Below, one piece after another: positions 9,144 through 20,043 of a stretch of DNA of 64,000 nucleotides. The translations under genes and the position numbers were made by a program. The notes beneath the pieces are model-generated. The model worked only from the letters and a program-made list of their open reading frames with translations, was not told the DNA's origin and ran no database searches. Origin of the DNA: an uncultured Spirochaetota bacterium (lineage in GTDB: Bacteria > Spirochaetota > Spirochaetia > SZUA-6 > Fen-1364); NCBI GenBank assembly GCA_963781885.1, contig CAWAHW010000001.1, forward strand, positions 576,001-640,000, read 5' to 3'. Numbering within the stretch: the first letter of the stretch is position 1; each line of letters starts with the position of its first letter.

Positions 9144-10816
9144 TCAGGAGACGGGCCCTGGCGGCGGACCCTTTTTTTCCCGCTTTTCGGCCTCCGCTTC
9201 CAACACGTCCCGTACACGCTCCAGCAGGTTTTCCGCGGTAAAGGGCTTGAGGATGACGGACCGCGCCCCCTGCTCCATGAGATTGCGGGGCAGGAGCTCT
9301 CCGTAGTAGCCGCTGGCGATGAGGACATTGACCCCGGGGTCGACGCGGAGCAGCTCCTGCAGACATTGATAGCCGCCCATGCCGGGCATGTTGATGTCAA
9401 GGATCACGAGCGCAGGCGCCGTTTCCCGATAGCGCGTCACCGCCTCTTCCCCGCTGCGCGCGTGCACGAGCGCGTAGCCGCCGCCCTCCAGGACCTTGCT
9501 CTCCCATTTGAGGATGTGCTCGTCGTCATCCACGACGAGGATTTTTTCCCGGCCGGTGGGCATGTTCCTCGCGGCCCGGGGGCAATGGCGGGACCCGGCA
9601 GCGGCGCGCCCCCGGCGGGAAGTAAGATGTCGAACCTCGTGCCCTTGCCGGGCTCGCTCGTGCATGAAATGTGGCCGTGATGATTGGTGACGACGCCGTA
9701 GACGACGGAAAGCCCGAGCCCGGTCCCCCGGCCGATCTCTTTCGTCGTGAAAAAAGGGTCGTAGATGTGCGTGAGCGTTTCCGCATCCATGCCGATTCCC
9801 GTGTCGATGATGGAGAGCCGGACATAATCCCCTTCCTGAACCCCCGGGTGCTCTCGCACGGAAGTCCCGTCGAGCGTGACATTCCGCGTCTCGAAGACCA
9901 GACGGCCGCCATCTGGCATTGCATCGCGCGCGTTCAGGGAAAGATTCATGATGAGCTGAAGGACCTGGCCGGGGTCCGCGTCCACGGGCTTGAGATCCTC
10001 CGCGAGCAGGGTCTCCAGCCTGATCATCTTGGGAATCGTCCCCTCGAGGAGCCGCACGACTTCTGCGATGCTCGCGTTGATGTCCAGCGACTGGAAGGCG
10101 GTCTCTTCCTGTCGGCTGAAAAGGAGCAGCTGGCGCGTGAGGCGGATGGCATGATCCGTTGCCGACTCGATGACCTTGAGCCTGTCGATGTCCTCGTCAC
10201 CGCCCGTCCTTTCCGAAAGGATGAGACGCGTGTAGCCAGAGATCATCTGGAGCACATTGTTGAAATCGTGAGCGATCCCGCCGGCCAGGACCCCGACGGA
10301 TTCCAGCCGTTGGACCTCCAGCAGGCGGCTTTCCAGCTTTTTTCTCTCCGTCTCCATGCGCTCCCGTTCCGCGAGCTCGCGCGAGAGCTGGTCATTGGCC
10401 GCGCGAAGCTCCGCGGTCCCCGCGGCGACACGCGCCTCCAGCTCAGCCTGCGCCGCGCGGAGCGCGTTCTCCTGGATGCGTATCCGTCCCACGAGCTGGC
10501 CGACGAGACCGAAGGTCACGCTCATGGCAACCCCGGCAATCCCCTCGGGCCAATGGCCATTGGCCGCGAAGGTGACCGGCATCCCCGAGAAATGGAACAG
10601 GGCGAGGCTCGCGGCAGTGATCACGATTCCCGCGATCGCGCCGCCGACGGGCCCCAGGAGGTAGCCGGACACGGCGAATGCGATGATGGCAAACTCCAGG
10701 ACGCGGACATGCGCGATCCGATCGACCAGGAGGAAGAGGCCGGCATAAAAGAGCAGGGAACAGAGAGAAAGCGCAATGCTCGTTTTCCAGGGCAGGGGGA
10801 GAAGAAGTTTTCTCAT
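9144..10816 (-). CDS. membrane hybrid sensor histidine kinase/receiver; frameshift at ~9560-9610
   Basis: TM segments, H-box GGIAHDFNN, NLSLNARDAM, DTGIGM, FFTTK, GTGLGL. The receiver ILVVDD...LDINMPG...KPF lies in a second frame. Confidence 0.85.
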
Positions 10817-10932
10817 GACGGTGCCCACGGGTCGTGCATGCCCAACGAAGCATAGCACGCCCCGGAAATCAGAGAAAGGGAGAACGGCCGCGCAGAGCGC
10901 CGCTCTCGCCAGGGGGGCCTGCCGCCCCGGCC

Positions 10933-11598
10933 TCAGGGATGCAACCCCGCGGCCGGTCCGGCGCCTTGCGGCCTGTACTGCCCGCGCGCCTCCAGGTAAT
11001 GAGCCCACAGGAGACGCGCAGCCACCGAGCGCCAGGGCGCCCACCGGGCCGCGCGGGCACGCTGATCCTCCCGGCTGGGCAGGAAGCGCAAGCGCTTGAC
11101 CTCGCGCAGGGCGACGGCGAGGGCAAGGTCGCCCTGAGGCCAGACGTCGGGTCGCCGCAGGGCCATCAGGAAGTAGATGTCGATGCTCCATGGCCCGAGA
11201 CCGGGCACGCGCAGGAGCGCCTCGCGGCCTTCGTCATCCGGCAGGCCGGCGACCGCGGAGAGGTCGAGCGTCCCGTCCAGGATGCGCAGGGCAAGCCCGT
11301 GGCAGTACCGCGCCTTCTGCCGGGTGAGGCCCAGCTCCCGCAAGCCCTGCTCGCCGCAGGCGGCGAGGCTCGCCACGCTCATGCCGCCCAGCGCACGGCT
11401 GAGACGGGCGTACATCGTGCGCGCGGCGGCCAGTGACACCTGCTGCTCGAGTATGATGCGCACGAGGGTGGGAAAGCCGGGACGGCGTCCCCACAAGGGA
11501 GGTTCTCCGAGCCTTTCCAGTATGCGGCGAAGATCGCGATCCCGGGCGCCCAGCTCCCGGGCGCCCTCGCGCAGCGTGTCACGTGTCAGGGACCTCAT
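10933..11598 (-). CDS. AlkA-like HhH-GPD DNA-3-methyladenine glycosylase
   Basis: ILEQQVSLAAA, LLRVPGLGPWS, DVWPQGDL, WAPWRSVAA. Confidence 0.88.
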   Translation of the reverse strand: MRSLTRDTLREGARELGARDRDLRRILERLGEPPLWGRRPGFPTLVRIILEQQVSLAAARTMYARLSRALGGMSVASLAACGEQGLRELGLTRQKARYCHGLALRILDGTLDLSAVAGLPDDEGREALLRVPGLGPWSIDIYFLMALRRPDVWPQGDLALAVALREVKRLRFLPSREDQRARAARWAPWRSVAARLLWAHYLEARGQYRPQGAGPAAGLHP

Positions 11599-11701
11599 CG
11601 TCTTCCACTATCCCTCGCGCGCTCGTGATCGTCAAAGCCGCCCGGCCGCCGCGGAAGTGATGCCGGGCGGCGCCGCGCGGCGGGGAAGCCCGCGCGCCTC
11701 T

Positions 11702-14128
11702 CTACGCGTCCACGACGATGGTGAGCACCGTCCCGCTCGGGCCGGGAGGAATCACCGGGGAGACATGAGGCGCGCCCTGCACGGTGATCGTCGCGCCTTC
11801 GCGGCGGCCCGCGTTGCGGATCGTGATGCGGTATGTACAGCCCCGGAATATGCGCGTGATCTGCACCGAGGTGAAGTCCTTTGGGAGGCAGGGCTCGATG
11901 CGCAGGCCATCGAAGTCGGCGCGGACGCCGAGCATCCACTGCGACACGGCGATGAAATTCCATGCCGCCGTTCCCGTGAGCCACGAGTTCTTTGCCTCGC
12001 CGTGCCGTCGTGATGCCTTGCCCGCGATCATCTGCGCGTACACGTACGGCTCGGTGCGGTGCAGCTCCTGCATGCCCTCACGGTGGGCGGGGCTGATCCG
12101 CTTGTAGTAGTCGTAGGCGCGCTCGGGCCTTCCCGCGATGCATTCGGCGATCATGATCCAGGGGTTGTTGTGGCAGAAGACGCCGCCATTCTCCTTGAAG
12201 CCGGGGGGATAGGAGGAGACTTCGCCGAGCTCGATGTGATAGCGGCGGTACGGGGGATCGAGGATCACGATGCCGTGCGGCGTCGCCAGCCGCGCGTGCA
12301 CGGCCTCCAGCGCGGCCACGGGCCGACCGGTGTCCGCGCCGATCTGCGCCATGGCGCAGAAGGCATTCGATTCGATGAAGATCTGCCCGTCTTCGCATTC
12401 GTGCGAACCGACCTTTGCTCCCGCATCGTCGTAGGCGCGCAGGAACCATTCCCCGTCCCACCCGTGCGCGAGCACGGCGGCGCGCATGCCGGAAACGGCC
12501 CTCTCCGCGCGGCGCGCCTCCTCCGCGCGCCCCGACCGCCTGCAGATCTCGACGTAGTCGCGGCCGATGAGCACGAACATCCCGGCGATGAGCACCGATT
12601 CCGCGGTCCGCCCGTCCCTGCTCGTCGAGGTCTGGAAGGACTCGTTGGGGTCGGTGGAGAAGCAGTTCAGGTTCAGGCAGTCGTTCCAGTCCGCGCGGCC
12701 GATGAGGGGGAGCCCGTGCGGCCCCAGGTTGTTGAGGACGTGGTCGAATGACCGGGTGAGATGCGTGAAAAGGCTCGCGCGGTTGCCGGCGTCGTTGTCG
12801 AACGGCACCTGTTCGTCAAGGAATGCCCAGTCGCCGGTCTCCTTGATGTAGCCGGCCACGCCCATGATGAGCCAGAGCGGATCGTCGTTGAATCCGCCGC
12901 CCACGTCCGCGTTGCCCCGTTTCGTGAGCGGCTGGTACTGGTGCCAGGCGCCCCCGTCGGCGAACTGCGTGGAGGCGACGTCGAAGAGGCGCTGGCGCAC
13001 GCGGTCCGGCACTTGGTGCACGCAGCCCAGCAGGTCCTGGCTGGTGTCGCGGAAGCCGATGCCGCGGCCGATGCCGCTTTCAAAAAAGCTCGCGCTGCGT
13101 GCGAGGTTGCAGGTGACCATGCACTGGTACTGGTTCCAGATATTCACCATCCGGTCCAGCTTCTCGTCTCCCGACGCGACGGTGAAGCGTCCCAGGAGAT
13201 CGTCCCAGCGCGCGCGCAGCGCGTCGAGCTCCGCGTCCACCTTTGCGTCCGTGTCGAATCGCGCGCGCAGCGCGTCCGCCTTCTCCGTGTTGGGTCGGCC
13301 CGGTGCCTGCCACTTCCTGTCATCGGGGTTTTCCACGTACCCCAGGAGAAACACCATGCTCGTCTCTTCCGCCGGCGCGAGCTCCACGTCGATCTGGAAC
13401 CCGGCAATCGGCGACCAGCCCGGATCCCTGCCGTTGGCGAGCTTTCCGTTGGCCACCGCCTCGGGCCTCTCAAAGCCGCCGTAGACGCCGGTGAATGCGC
13501 GCCTGTCCGTCTCGAATGCCGCGATCGGCCTGTTCACCGAGTAGAAGGCGAAGTGGCTCCGCCGCTCGCGGTATTCCGTGAGGTGGTAGATGACGCTGCC
13601 GTCCACCGCGACCTCACCGGTGGACAGGTTCCTCTGGAAGTTGGTCATGTCGTCCAGGGCATTCCAGAAGCAGAACTCCGTGAGGGCAAAGAGCGTCAGG
13701 CGCTTCTTTTCAGCCGTGTTGTTCTTCAGCACCACGCGCTGGACCTCGCAGTCGGCGCCAACGGGCACGAAGAAAAGCACGTCCGCCTCCACGCCGTTCT
13801 TGCGCGCGCACAGCCGCGTATAGCCCATGCCGTGGCGGCAGACGGAGAAATCCAGCGGGGTGCGGGTCGGGCGCCAGCCGGGGTTCCAGATCGTCTCCCC
13901 GTCGCGGACATAGAAGAGCCTGCCATTGGAATCCAAGGGAACGTCGTTGTAGCGGTAGCGGGTGAGCCGGCGCAGGCGCGCGTCCTTGTAGAAGGAGTAG
14001 CCGCCGCCGGCGTTGGAGACCAGGGAGAAGAAGTCGTCGCTTCCCAGGTAATTGATCCACGGCCACGGGGTGTCAGGCCTTGTGATCACGTATTCGCGTC
14101 TGGCGTCGTCAAAGTGTCCGAAGCTCAT
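11702..14128 (-). CDS. GH94 glycoside phosphorylase (cellobiose phosphorylase-like)
   Basis: [46 protein letters not shown], catalytic [31 protein letters not shown]. Confidence 0.92.
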   Translation of the reverse strand: MSFGHFDDARREYVITRPDTPWPWINYLGSDDFFSLVSNAGGGYSFYKDARLRRLTRYRYNDVPLDSNGRLFYVRDGETIWNPGWRPTRTPLDFSVCRHGMGYTRLCARKNGVEADVLFFVPVGADCEVQRVVLKNNTAEKKRLTLFALTEFCFWNALDDMTNFQRNLSTGEVAVDGSVIYHLTEYRERRSHFAFYSVNRPIAAFETDRRAFTGVYGGFERPEAVANGKLANGRDPGWSPIAGFQIDVELAPAEETSMVFLLGYVENPDDRKWQAPGRPNTEKADALRARFDTDAKVDAELDALRARWDDLLGRFTVASGDEKLDRMVNIWNQYQCMVTCNLARSASFFESGIGRGIGFRDTSQDLLGCVHQVPDRVRQRLFDVASTQFADGGAWHQYQPLTKRGNADVGGGFNDDPLWLIMGVAGYIKETGDWAFLDEQVPFDNDAGNRASLFTHLTRSFDHVLNNLGPHGLPLIGRADWNDCLNLNCFSTDPNESFQTSTSRDGRTAESVLIAGMFVLIGRDYVEICRRSGRAEEARRAERAVSGMRAAVLAHGWDGEWFLRAYDDAGAKVGSHECEDGQIFIESNAFCAMAQIGADTGRPVAALEAVHARLATPHGIVILDPPYRRYHIELGEVSSYPPGFKENGGVFCHNNPWIMIAECIAGRPERAYDYYKRISPAHREGMQELHRTEPYVYAQMIAGKASRRHGEAKNSWLTGTAAWNFIAVSQWMLGVRADFDGLRIEPCLPKDFTSVQITRIFRGCTYRITIRNAGRREGATITVQGAPHVSPVIPPGPSGTVLTIVVDA

Positions 14129-14133
14129 ACGCG

Positions 14134-14250
14134 TCAGCCCTTCACCGCAGAGGGAATGCCGCGGATGTATTCCGTGCACGGATAGATCGCCGTCGGGCAG
14201 ACCCGAGCCGATGTAAATGATGAGGACTGATTCTGAAGGGGCTCACCCAT
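14134..14250 (-). pseudogene. 38-aa ORF resembling a collapsed MalG-type sugar ABC permease remnant
   Basis: AAGGAG RBS, ATG at 14250, MGEPLQ...[19 protein letters not shown]; an alternative frame gives [11 protein letters not shown]. Confidence 0.45.
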
Positions 14251-14285
14251 GGCCTTACTCCTTCCCGCCGTAGCCTTTCTCGACT

Positions 14286-15311
14286 TCAACGAGGGGTCTT
14301 TTCTCCGTCACGAGGCGCGACACAGGAGTCGCGCTCCACCAGATGCGGGGCGATGATCATCGCCTGACGCTCCGGTTCCCGTCCCGCCATCAGCTCGAAG
14401 AGCATCTGCACCGCCGCGGCAGCCAGCTCCTCGATGGGCTGGGCCACGGCCGTGATGCCGGGCGAGAGATGGGCGAAAAAGGGATGGTCGTCGAATGACA
14501 CCACGGAAATGTCATGCGGAACGGAAAGCCCCATCCCTGCGCAGGCCTTCAAGGTGCCCACGACGAGGTCACCCGCGGCCACGAAAATCGCGCTGACGGC
14601 CGGGCGGGAGAGCAGGATGCCCTGCGCGCAGCGGGCGGCTTCCAGTGCGTCATAGGAGCAGTGCACGACAACGGGATCCGGCAGACCGTGCTCCCGGAAG
14701 ACCTCCCGCGCCCCCCGGATGCGGTCATCCACGTACGGCAGCCAGTCTGGCCCCGCCAGAACAGCGACGCGGGCATGGCCTTTCGCCACCATGTGCTCGG
14801 AGGCGATGCGGGCGCCCCGCACGTTGTCCACGTCCACGTAGTAGGAGGAAATCTTGGCGCTGCGCCCCATCATCACGAAAGGAAGGCTCTTCAGGAGAAG
14901 CTCGGCGAGCTGCTTGTCGCCGAACTGCTCCGCCCCGATGATGGCGCCGTCGATGCGGCGGCCCTTCAGGATGGTCCGGAAGGCCGAATCCACGTCGTCC
15001 TCCGCCCGTGCCGTGGAAAGCAGGACATTGATGCCGCGGGCGGCTGCCTCCTGGGTGACCACGGTGAGGAACATCGGCCAGAACGTGCTCGTGAGTGTGT
15101 ACTTGCCCGTATGGGGAATCACGAAGCCCATCGTGTTCGTTTTACGGGCCGCAAGGCCCCGCGCGGACGCATTGGGATGAAAATCAAGGGATTCGACCAG
15201 CTTCATGACCCTTCGGCGCGTGTCTTCGCCGACGCCGGGAACGCCGTTGATGACTCTGGACACTGTGCCCTTCGAAACATGGGCCATTTCGGCAATATCG
15301 TTGATTGTCAA
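14286..15311 (-). CDS. LacI family transcriptional regulator
   Basis: TINDIAEMAHVSKGTVSRVIN, PNASARGL, VDVDN, DISVVSFDD. Confidence 0.92.
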   Translation of the reverse strand: MTINDIAEMAHVSKGTVSRVINGVPGVGEDTRRRVMKLVESLDFHPNASARGLAARKTNTMGFVIPHTGKYTLTSTFWPMFLTVVTQEAAARGINVLLSTARAEDDVDSAFRTILKGRRIDGAIIGAEQFGDKQLAELLLKSLPFVMMGRSAKISSYYVDVDNVRGARIASEHMVAKGHARVAVLAGPDWLPYVDDRIRGAREVFREHGLPDPVVVHCSYDALEAARCAQGILLSRPAVSAIFVAAGDLVVGTLKACAGMGLSVPHDISVVSFDDHPFFAHLSPGITAVAQPIEELAAAAVQMLFELMAGREPERQAMIIAPHLVERDSCVAPRDGEKTPR

Positions 15312-15334
15312 AGGTCGGTTCCGTCACACATTGC

Positions 15335-15463
15335 TGAAACTGTTTCCATGAGAACGGTTTCGTTCATGCATTTGTAACTGAGATTTTTGCCCATAAAACG
15401 AGACTTTGTCATAATTCCTTGCAACCGATTGCCCTGTATACCATCGGGAGATCACGCTGTCAA
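15335..15463 (-). promoter_or_regulatory. sigma-70 promoter and LacI-type operators for the lacI-GH94 operon
   Basis: Minus strand TTGACA (15463-15458), 17 bp, TATACA (15440-15435); palindrome GCAATCGGTTGC near the predicted TSS (15421-15432); GAAACAGTTTC at 15336-15346. Confidence 0.7.
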
Positions 15464-15592
15464 GAATTTTTTGGCAGTTATTTAATTGTTTATATTAAAG
15501 ATATTTACAACTCGACCAAAGACATCTTTCTCATCCGACGCGACGCCCGGCCCTATAAAGGAGTATTTTGATATACCGTTTTCGTAGTTGAT

Positions 15593-16621
15593 CTAAGGTG
15601 ACATCCGGGCGGCGTCTCGAGCGAATCGCTCCGCGAGCTTGCGGCCGGAAAGCCATGCTGCCTGGATGCCGCCTCCCGGCGAAAAGAGGTCGCCCGCGAT
15701 TCCCACGCGCGAGTCGCCCACCTTCATCTCGAGGGGTCCGGCGAGCTCATTGGCGCGATCCAGGCGGGAATACCTCCAGCGATGCACATGCATCCATTCC
15801 GGAGACTCAGCCCACGCACCCAGGCGCCGGCCGGCTGCCGCCAGGAGCTCCCGCGCCCATTCGTCCTTCGGCGTTTCCATGCGCTCGCGCGACCATTTTG
15901 GCGTGGCCTGGAGTGTCATGACCACCGTGTCGGATCCGGGGCGTTTCGAGGATTCATTGCTCAGGAGCATGAGGGCATGATCGTCCTCGGGATACTGGAT
16001 GTCGAAGTCCGGGACCGGCGCGCCGCGCGGGTAGCCGGCGATCACCGCGAGACAGGGAAGGCTCACGAAAAGCCGCAGGAGGGCCATGATTCCGTCGCGG
16101 CCTTCCGCCTCATCCAGCGCCGCCACGAACGGCATCGTCTGCTCCAACGCCATGGCAAGGACGAGGTCGCGGCCTTCCAGCCTTTCACCCGTGGTGCTCG
16201 TGACGTGCATGCCGCCCCTGGTCCTGCCGATCGCGGCGACCTGGGTCCGCAACCTGACGGAAAGACCCGCGGCAAGGGCCCGCGGGAAGGCGTTGATGCC
16301 GCCGCGGAGCGCCAGGCGCTTTTCATCGGGTGCGTACGCATCGGGCTGGCACGGGGAACCGCGGCCGAGCCTGCGCAGGGGCCAGTCCGGAAGGCAGTCG
16401 CTTCCGGCGGCTTGCTCCACCGCGGCGATAAATCGCGCGTCGCGGCCGTGGACGAAAAGGGGACCGTAGTCGGCTGGCTGTCCGCCAAATGACCGCGTCG
16501 CGCATCGGCCGCCCGGCTTGTCCGCCCTGTCGACCACCAGGACATCCGCGCCCGCCGTTGAAAGGCCGCGCGCACACTCCAACCCGGCGACACCGGCGCC
16601 GACGACGATGACATCGTGCAT
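15593..16621 (-). CDS. renalase-like FAD-dependent oxidoreductase
   Basis: VIVVGAGVAG, PGGRCATR, DYG, HRWRYS, IAGD...IQAAWLSG. Confidence 0.85.
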   Translation of the reverse strand: MHDVIVVGAGVAGLECARGLSTAGADVLVVDRADKPGGRCATRSFGGQPADYGPLFVHGRDARFIAAVEQAAGSDCLPDWPLRRLGRGSPCQPDAYAPDEKRLALRGGINAFPRALAAGLSVRLRTQVAAIGRTRGGMHVTSTTGERLEGRDLVLAMALEQTMPFVAALDEAEGRDGIMALLRLFVSLPCLAVIAGYPRGAPVPDFDIQYPEDDHALMLLSNESSKRPGSDTVVMTLQATPKWSRERMETPKDEWARELLAAAGRRLGAWAESPEWMHVHRWRYSRLDRANELAGPLEMKVGDSRVGIAGDLFSPGGGIQAAWLSGRKLAERFARDAARMSP

Positions 16622-16764
16622 CTCCGACCCCCGGAGGTAACGATACGACGCTTCGCTGCCGCGGTCAAATGCCGGCATCTGGCTGCCGCGGGACTCCGTA
16701 AGAGAGGTGAGACTTTCCCTCACCGCGCGGACGGAGTATCTTGTGGGCAAGCACAGGAGAACAC

Positions 16765-17520
16765 ATGGCACTGACGCAGCAGCAGATCAAAGCGCTTCTG
16801 GACGAGAACAGCTGTCACGACTGCGAGGGCGTGGGCAGGGACAAGATATGCGTGCGCATCGCCGCCATTGCGGATCTCCCGTCGCGCTTCGGCAAATTCC
16901 AGGTGGTTGCCTTCTGGAACAACCGCGACGGCAAGGAGCACGCCGCCTTCGTCCACGGGGACGTGACCGATGCAGAGGACGTACCCGTGCGCCTGCACTC
17001 CGAGTGCCTCACCGGCGATGCCATCGGGTCCCTGCGCTGCGACTGCCGCGATCAGCTGGAAGCGGCGCTCACCACCATCGGCAAGCTGGACAGGGGCATC
17101 CTCCTCTACCTCCGGCAGGAAGGGCGCGGCATCGGCTTCCTCAACAAGATACGGGCCTACGGGCTGCAGGACCACGGCATGGACACCGTGGAGGCCAATC
17201 TCGCGCTGGGCTTCAAAGACGACGAGCGGGACTACAGCGTGGCGGCGCATATGATCTTCAGCTTGAAGGTGAAATCGATCAGGCTGATGACGAATAATCC
17301 GAAGAAGATCGGCGGCCTGGAGCGGCTCGGGGTGAAGATCACCGGGCGCATCCCCCACATCATGGCCCCCAACCAGTTCAACCGCTTCTATCTGGAGACG
17401 AAGAAGGAAAAGTCGGGCCACCTGCTGGATCCACTGGGCAAGGAGCATCTCGTCGAGCAGCTGGACAGGCCCGTGCTGGAAGGCATGACGCCCGAGATCG
17501 CGGAGCGGCTGCAGGACTGA
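16765..17520 (+). CDS. ribA: GTP cyclohydrolase II
   Basis: VRLHSECLTGD, SLRCDCRDQL, QEGRGIG, DTVEANLALGF, LMTNNPKK; RBS AGGAG. Confidence 0.93.
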   Translation: MALTQQQIKALLDENSCHDCEGVGRDKICVRIAAIADLPSRFGKFQVVAFWNNRDGKEHAAFVHGDVTDAEDVPVRLHSECLTGDAIGSLRCDCRDQLEAALTTIGKLDRGILLYLRQEGRGIGFLNKIRAYGLQDHGMDTVEANLALGFKDDERDYSVAAHMIFSLKVKSIRLMTNNPKKIGGLERLGVKITGRIPHIMAPNQFNRFYLETKKEKSGHLLDPLGKEHLVEQLDRPVLEGMTPEIAERLQD

Positions 17521-17558
17521 GCTCTCCTGAGCAGGCCCCCGTCTCCCGATAATGAACC

Positions 17559-18365
17559 GTGAACCTTCAATCACGTACGGTCCTGCTCGTCGGCGCCGTC
17601 TTGCTCGCCTTTTCCCCGGTCGCCGGCGCATCCGGCGCCCGCATCAGCGCGGACTTCTCCCTGTCCTCCCGCGATGTGACGGCAATGATCCAGACCCTGC
17701 CGAAAGCCGTCCAGGAGCGCATCCTTTCGGACACGGAGGGCTTCTTTCAGCTCGTCGCGGCCGTTCTGGATGAGAGCCCGGACTTTTTCCTCCTGGTCGA
17801 CAAGACGCATGCCCTGCCCGCCGACTACGTTCCACCCGATCTCGTGTCGCTGGCCGACTATGCGCTGAGCGTCAGCCGGCGCGACGTCACGATCCGCAAG
17901 GCCATCATGGGCGCGGCCGTGCAAATGGCAAAGGCGGCGCAGGCGGACGGTGCAATGCTCCTGTTCTCATCCGGGTATCGCTCCTACGAGGACCAGAAAT
18001 CGGTCTACCATCGGGAGGTGGAGGAATACGGCCAGGCCGCCGCGGACCGGGAGTCGGCGCGTCCCGGCTATTCCCAGCATCAGATGGGCACGGCCATCGA
18101 CTTCGGCTCCATCACGGATGCATTCGCCGAGACCCGCGCGGGGAAGTGGCTTGCCCTTCACGCGGAGGAATACGGCTTTTCCCTCTCGTACCCCGACGGC
18201 TTCGAGTCCGTCACCGGTTATCGGCACGAGAGCTGGCACTACCGTTACATCACGCGCGCCGGAACGCGCCTGCAGAAGGAATACTTCAGCGACATCCAGC
18301 AATACATGATGGAGTTCCTCTCCGGGAACAGGAAGGCGCTCGAGGAAAAACGCCGCCGGCACTAG
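17559..18365 (+). CDS. exported M15B D-Ala-D-Ala carboxypeptidase (VanY-like)
   Basis: signal peptide, SGYRSY..Q, SARPGYSQHQMGTAID, ESWHYRY. Confidence 0.88.
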   Translation: MNLQSRTVLLVGAVLLAFSPVAGASGARISADFSLSSRDVTAMIQTLPKAVQERILSDTEGFFQLVAAVLDESPDFFLLVDKTHALPADYVPPDLVSLADYALSVSRRDVTIRKAIMGAAVQMAKAAQADGAMLLFSSGYRSYEDQKSVYHREVEEYGQAAADRESARPGYSQHQMGTAIDFGSITDAFAETRAGKWLALHAEEYGFSLSYPDGFESVTGYRHESWHYRYITRAGTRLQKEYFSDIQQYMMEFLSGNRKALEEKRRRH

Positions 18366-18410
18366 TCCTCATATCGAAAAAATCTCTCGCATTCGGACAG
18401 AAGTCGGGTT

Positions 18411-19844
18411 ATGATCGGCGAGGCACGAGGACGGAAAGCGGCAACCCTGAGTAACCAGACCGGTTCGTCCATACGCATTCTCATCGTCGATGACGAGGAC
18501 CAGGTCCTCCAGTTCCTCACGGATTTTCTCACCCACATCGGCTACGACGTGGAGGGAGCTTCCGGCGGGGCGCCCGCCCTTGACCGTATCGAAAAAAGCC
18601 ATTTCGACATCCTGCTCCTCGACCTGAAGATGCCCGGCATGGACGGTCTGGAGGTCCTGCGCCGCGCGCGCGACTTGGACAGCGGGCTTTCTGTCATCAT
18701 CATGACCGGCTATGCGACGCTGGAGGCGGCGCTCTCCGCCTTGAAGCTGGGCGCGGATGACTTCCTGCTCAAGCCGCTGGAGCTCGAGGTCCTCCAGCTC
18801 GCGCTGGACCGGACGCTGAGCCACCGGCGGCTCCGCATGGAGAATGCGCTCCTGCAGGAGCGCATGGCGTCGCTCGGCCATTCCCACGGCATCATCACCC
18901 GCAGCAAATCCATGGAGGACATCCTCACCCTGGCGGCCAAGGTGGCGCCCCTGCGGAGCACCATCCTCATCCAGGGGGAGAGCGGCACGGGCAAGGAGCT
19001 GCTCGCGCGCGCCATCCACGCGGGCAATCCCCGGCCCGATCGGCCTTTCGTGGCCATCAACTGCGGCGTCATTCCGCTCACGCTCCTGGAAAGCGAGCTG
19101 TTCGGGCACGAGCGCGGATCGTTCACCGGCGCGGAAGCGCGGCGCGTCGGATACTTCGAGGCAGCCGCCGGCGGGACGATCTTTCTCGACGAGATCTCCG
19201 AGACCTCGCTCGATCTCCAGGTGAAGCTGCTGCGGGTGCTGCAGGAGCGCACGTTCCGGCGGGTGGGCGGGGCGGAAGAGATCGCCACGGACGCCCGGGT
19301 CATCGTGTCCACCAACCGCAATCTCGAGGAGGAGATAAAGGCAGGGCGGTTCCGGCAGGACCTCTACTATCGCCTGAACGTCATCATCCTCCGCGTGCCG
19401 CCCCTGCGCCAACGGCCGGAAGACATCTCCGTGCTCGCCCATTACTTCCTCGCGAAATACAGCGGCGAGTTCGGGAAAAAGGGCCTGGCGATCTCCTCCC
19501 CGGCCATGGAGCGGCTTCTGGCGCACACCTGGCCGGGCAACGTACGGGAGCTGGAAAACGCCGTCGAGCGTGCCGTTGCGCTCTCCGATGGTGGTGCAAT
19601 CGATGCCACCGACATCCTTCCTCAAACGTCCGGTGCCCCGTCGGCGGCGGCTACCCCCGATCTCCCCCACGCGGTTCCGACTTACGTGGACGCAAGAACG
19701 ATTTTCGAGCGCGACTATCTCAACCGGTTGCTGAAGGCGACGGGTGGCAATGTCACCGAGGCGTCCCGGCTGGCGGGGATAGCGCGTCAGAATCTCTATG
19801 CAAAGATAAAGAAGCTTGGTCTTTCGAAAGCAGGCCAGATATAG
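18411..19844 (+). CDS. NtrC-family sigma-54 response regulator (start uncertain)
   Basis: ILIVDDE, LLDLKMPG, GESGTGKE, ESELFGHERGSFTGA, WPGNVREL, C-terminal Fis HTH. Confidence 0.92.
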   Translation: MIGEARGRKAATLSNQTGSSIRILIVDDEDQVLQFLTDFLTHIGYDVEGASGGAPALDRIEKSHFDILLLDLKMPGMDGLEVLRRARDLDSGLSVIIMTGYATLEAALSALKLGADDFLLKPLELEVLQLALDRTLSHRRLRMENALLQERMASLGHSHGIITRSKSMEDILTLAAKVAPLRSTILIQGESGTGKELLARAIHAGNPRPDRPFVAINCGVIPLTLLESELFGHERGSFTGAEARRVGYFEAAAGGTIFLDEISETSLDLQVKLLRVLQERTFRRVGGAEEIATDARVIVSTNRNLEEEIKAGRFRQDLYYRLNVIILRVPPLRQRPEDISVLAHYFLAKYSGEFGKKGLAISSPAMERLLAHTWPGNVRELENAVERAVALSDGGAIDATDILPQTSGAPSAAATPDLPHAVPTYVDARTIFERDYLNRLLKATGGNVTEASRLAGIARQNLYAKIKKLGLSKAGQI

Positions 19845-19863
19845 TATATGTGATAATGCTATA

Positions 19864-19900
19864 TGTAATCATACAGTTACAATGTAAACGAATCGTGACA
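19864..19900. promoter_or_regulatory. tandem TGT-N12-ACA sites, candidate enhancer (UAS)
   Basis: TGTAATCATACAGTTACA (19864-19881) and TGTAAACGAATCGTGACA (19883-19900) in an AT-rich spacer. Confidence 0.55.
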
Positions 19901-20001
19901 TGCTTTTATGACAACGACCTGATAAAAGAATAGCGATCTTCGCCTTTGGTTTTAACTACATATTAAGTAATAAATTAGAATCATACCAACTAATCTCTGG
20001 C

Positions 20002-20018
20002 TTGGCATGCATCCTGCT
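20002..20018 (+). promoter_or_regulatory. sigma-54 (-24/-12) promoter
   Basis: TTGGCATGCATCCTGCT with GG(20004-5)-N10-GC(20016-17). Confidence 0.65.
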
Positions 20019-20043
20019 TTGAGTGGCGTGCGGGAGCCTGAGA

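Noticed and set aside
9144-9563. Stand-alone response regulator starting at ATG 9563
   Set aside because: The RBS spacing is too short and the kinase frame ends in nonsense; a frameshifted hybrid kinase is the simpler explanation.
15312-15592. AT-rich patches (also 19845-20000 and 41747-41970) as horizontally acquired islands or att sites
   Set aside because: Short, intergenic and explained by promoters and operators; no integrase, transposase or flanking repeats.
16693-16737. Hairpin ACTCCGT...GGTGAG...CTCACC...ACGGAGT upstream of ribA as an FMN riboswitch
   Set aside because: Lacks the conserved RFN core sequences, is too short, and probably lies upstream of the -10 (TATCTT at 16737-16742).
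17559-18365. VanY-like gene as vancomycin resistance
   Set aside because: No vanHAX or vanRS context; M15B carboxypeptidases are common housekeeping cell-wall enzymes.
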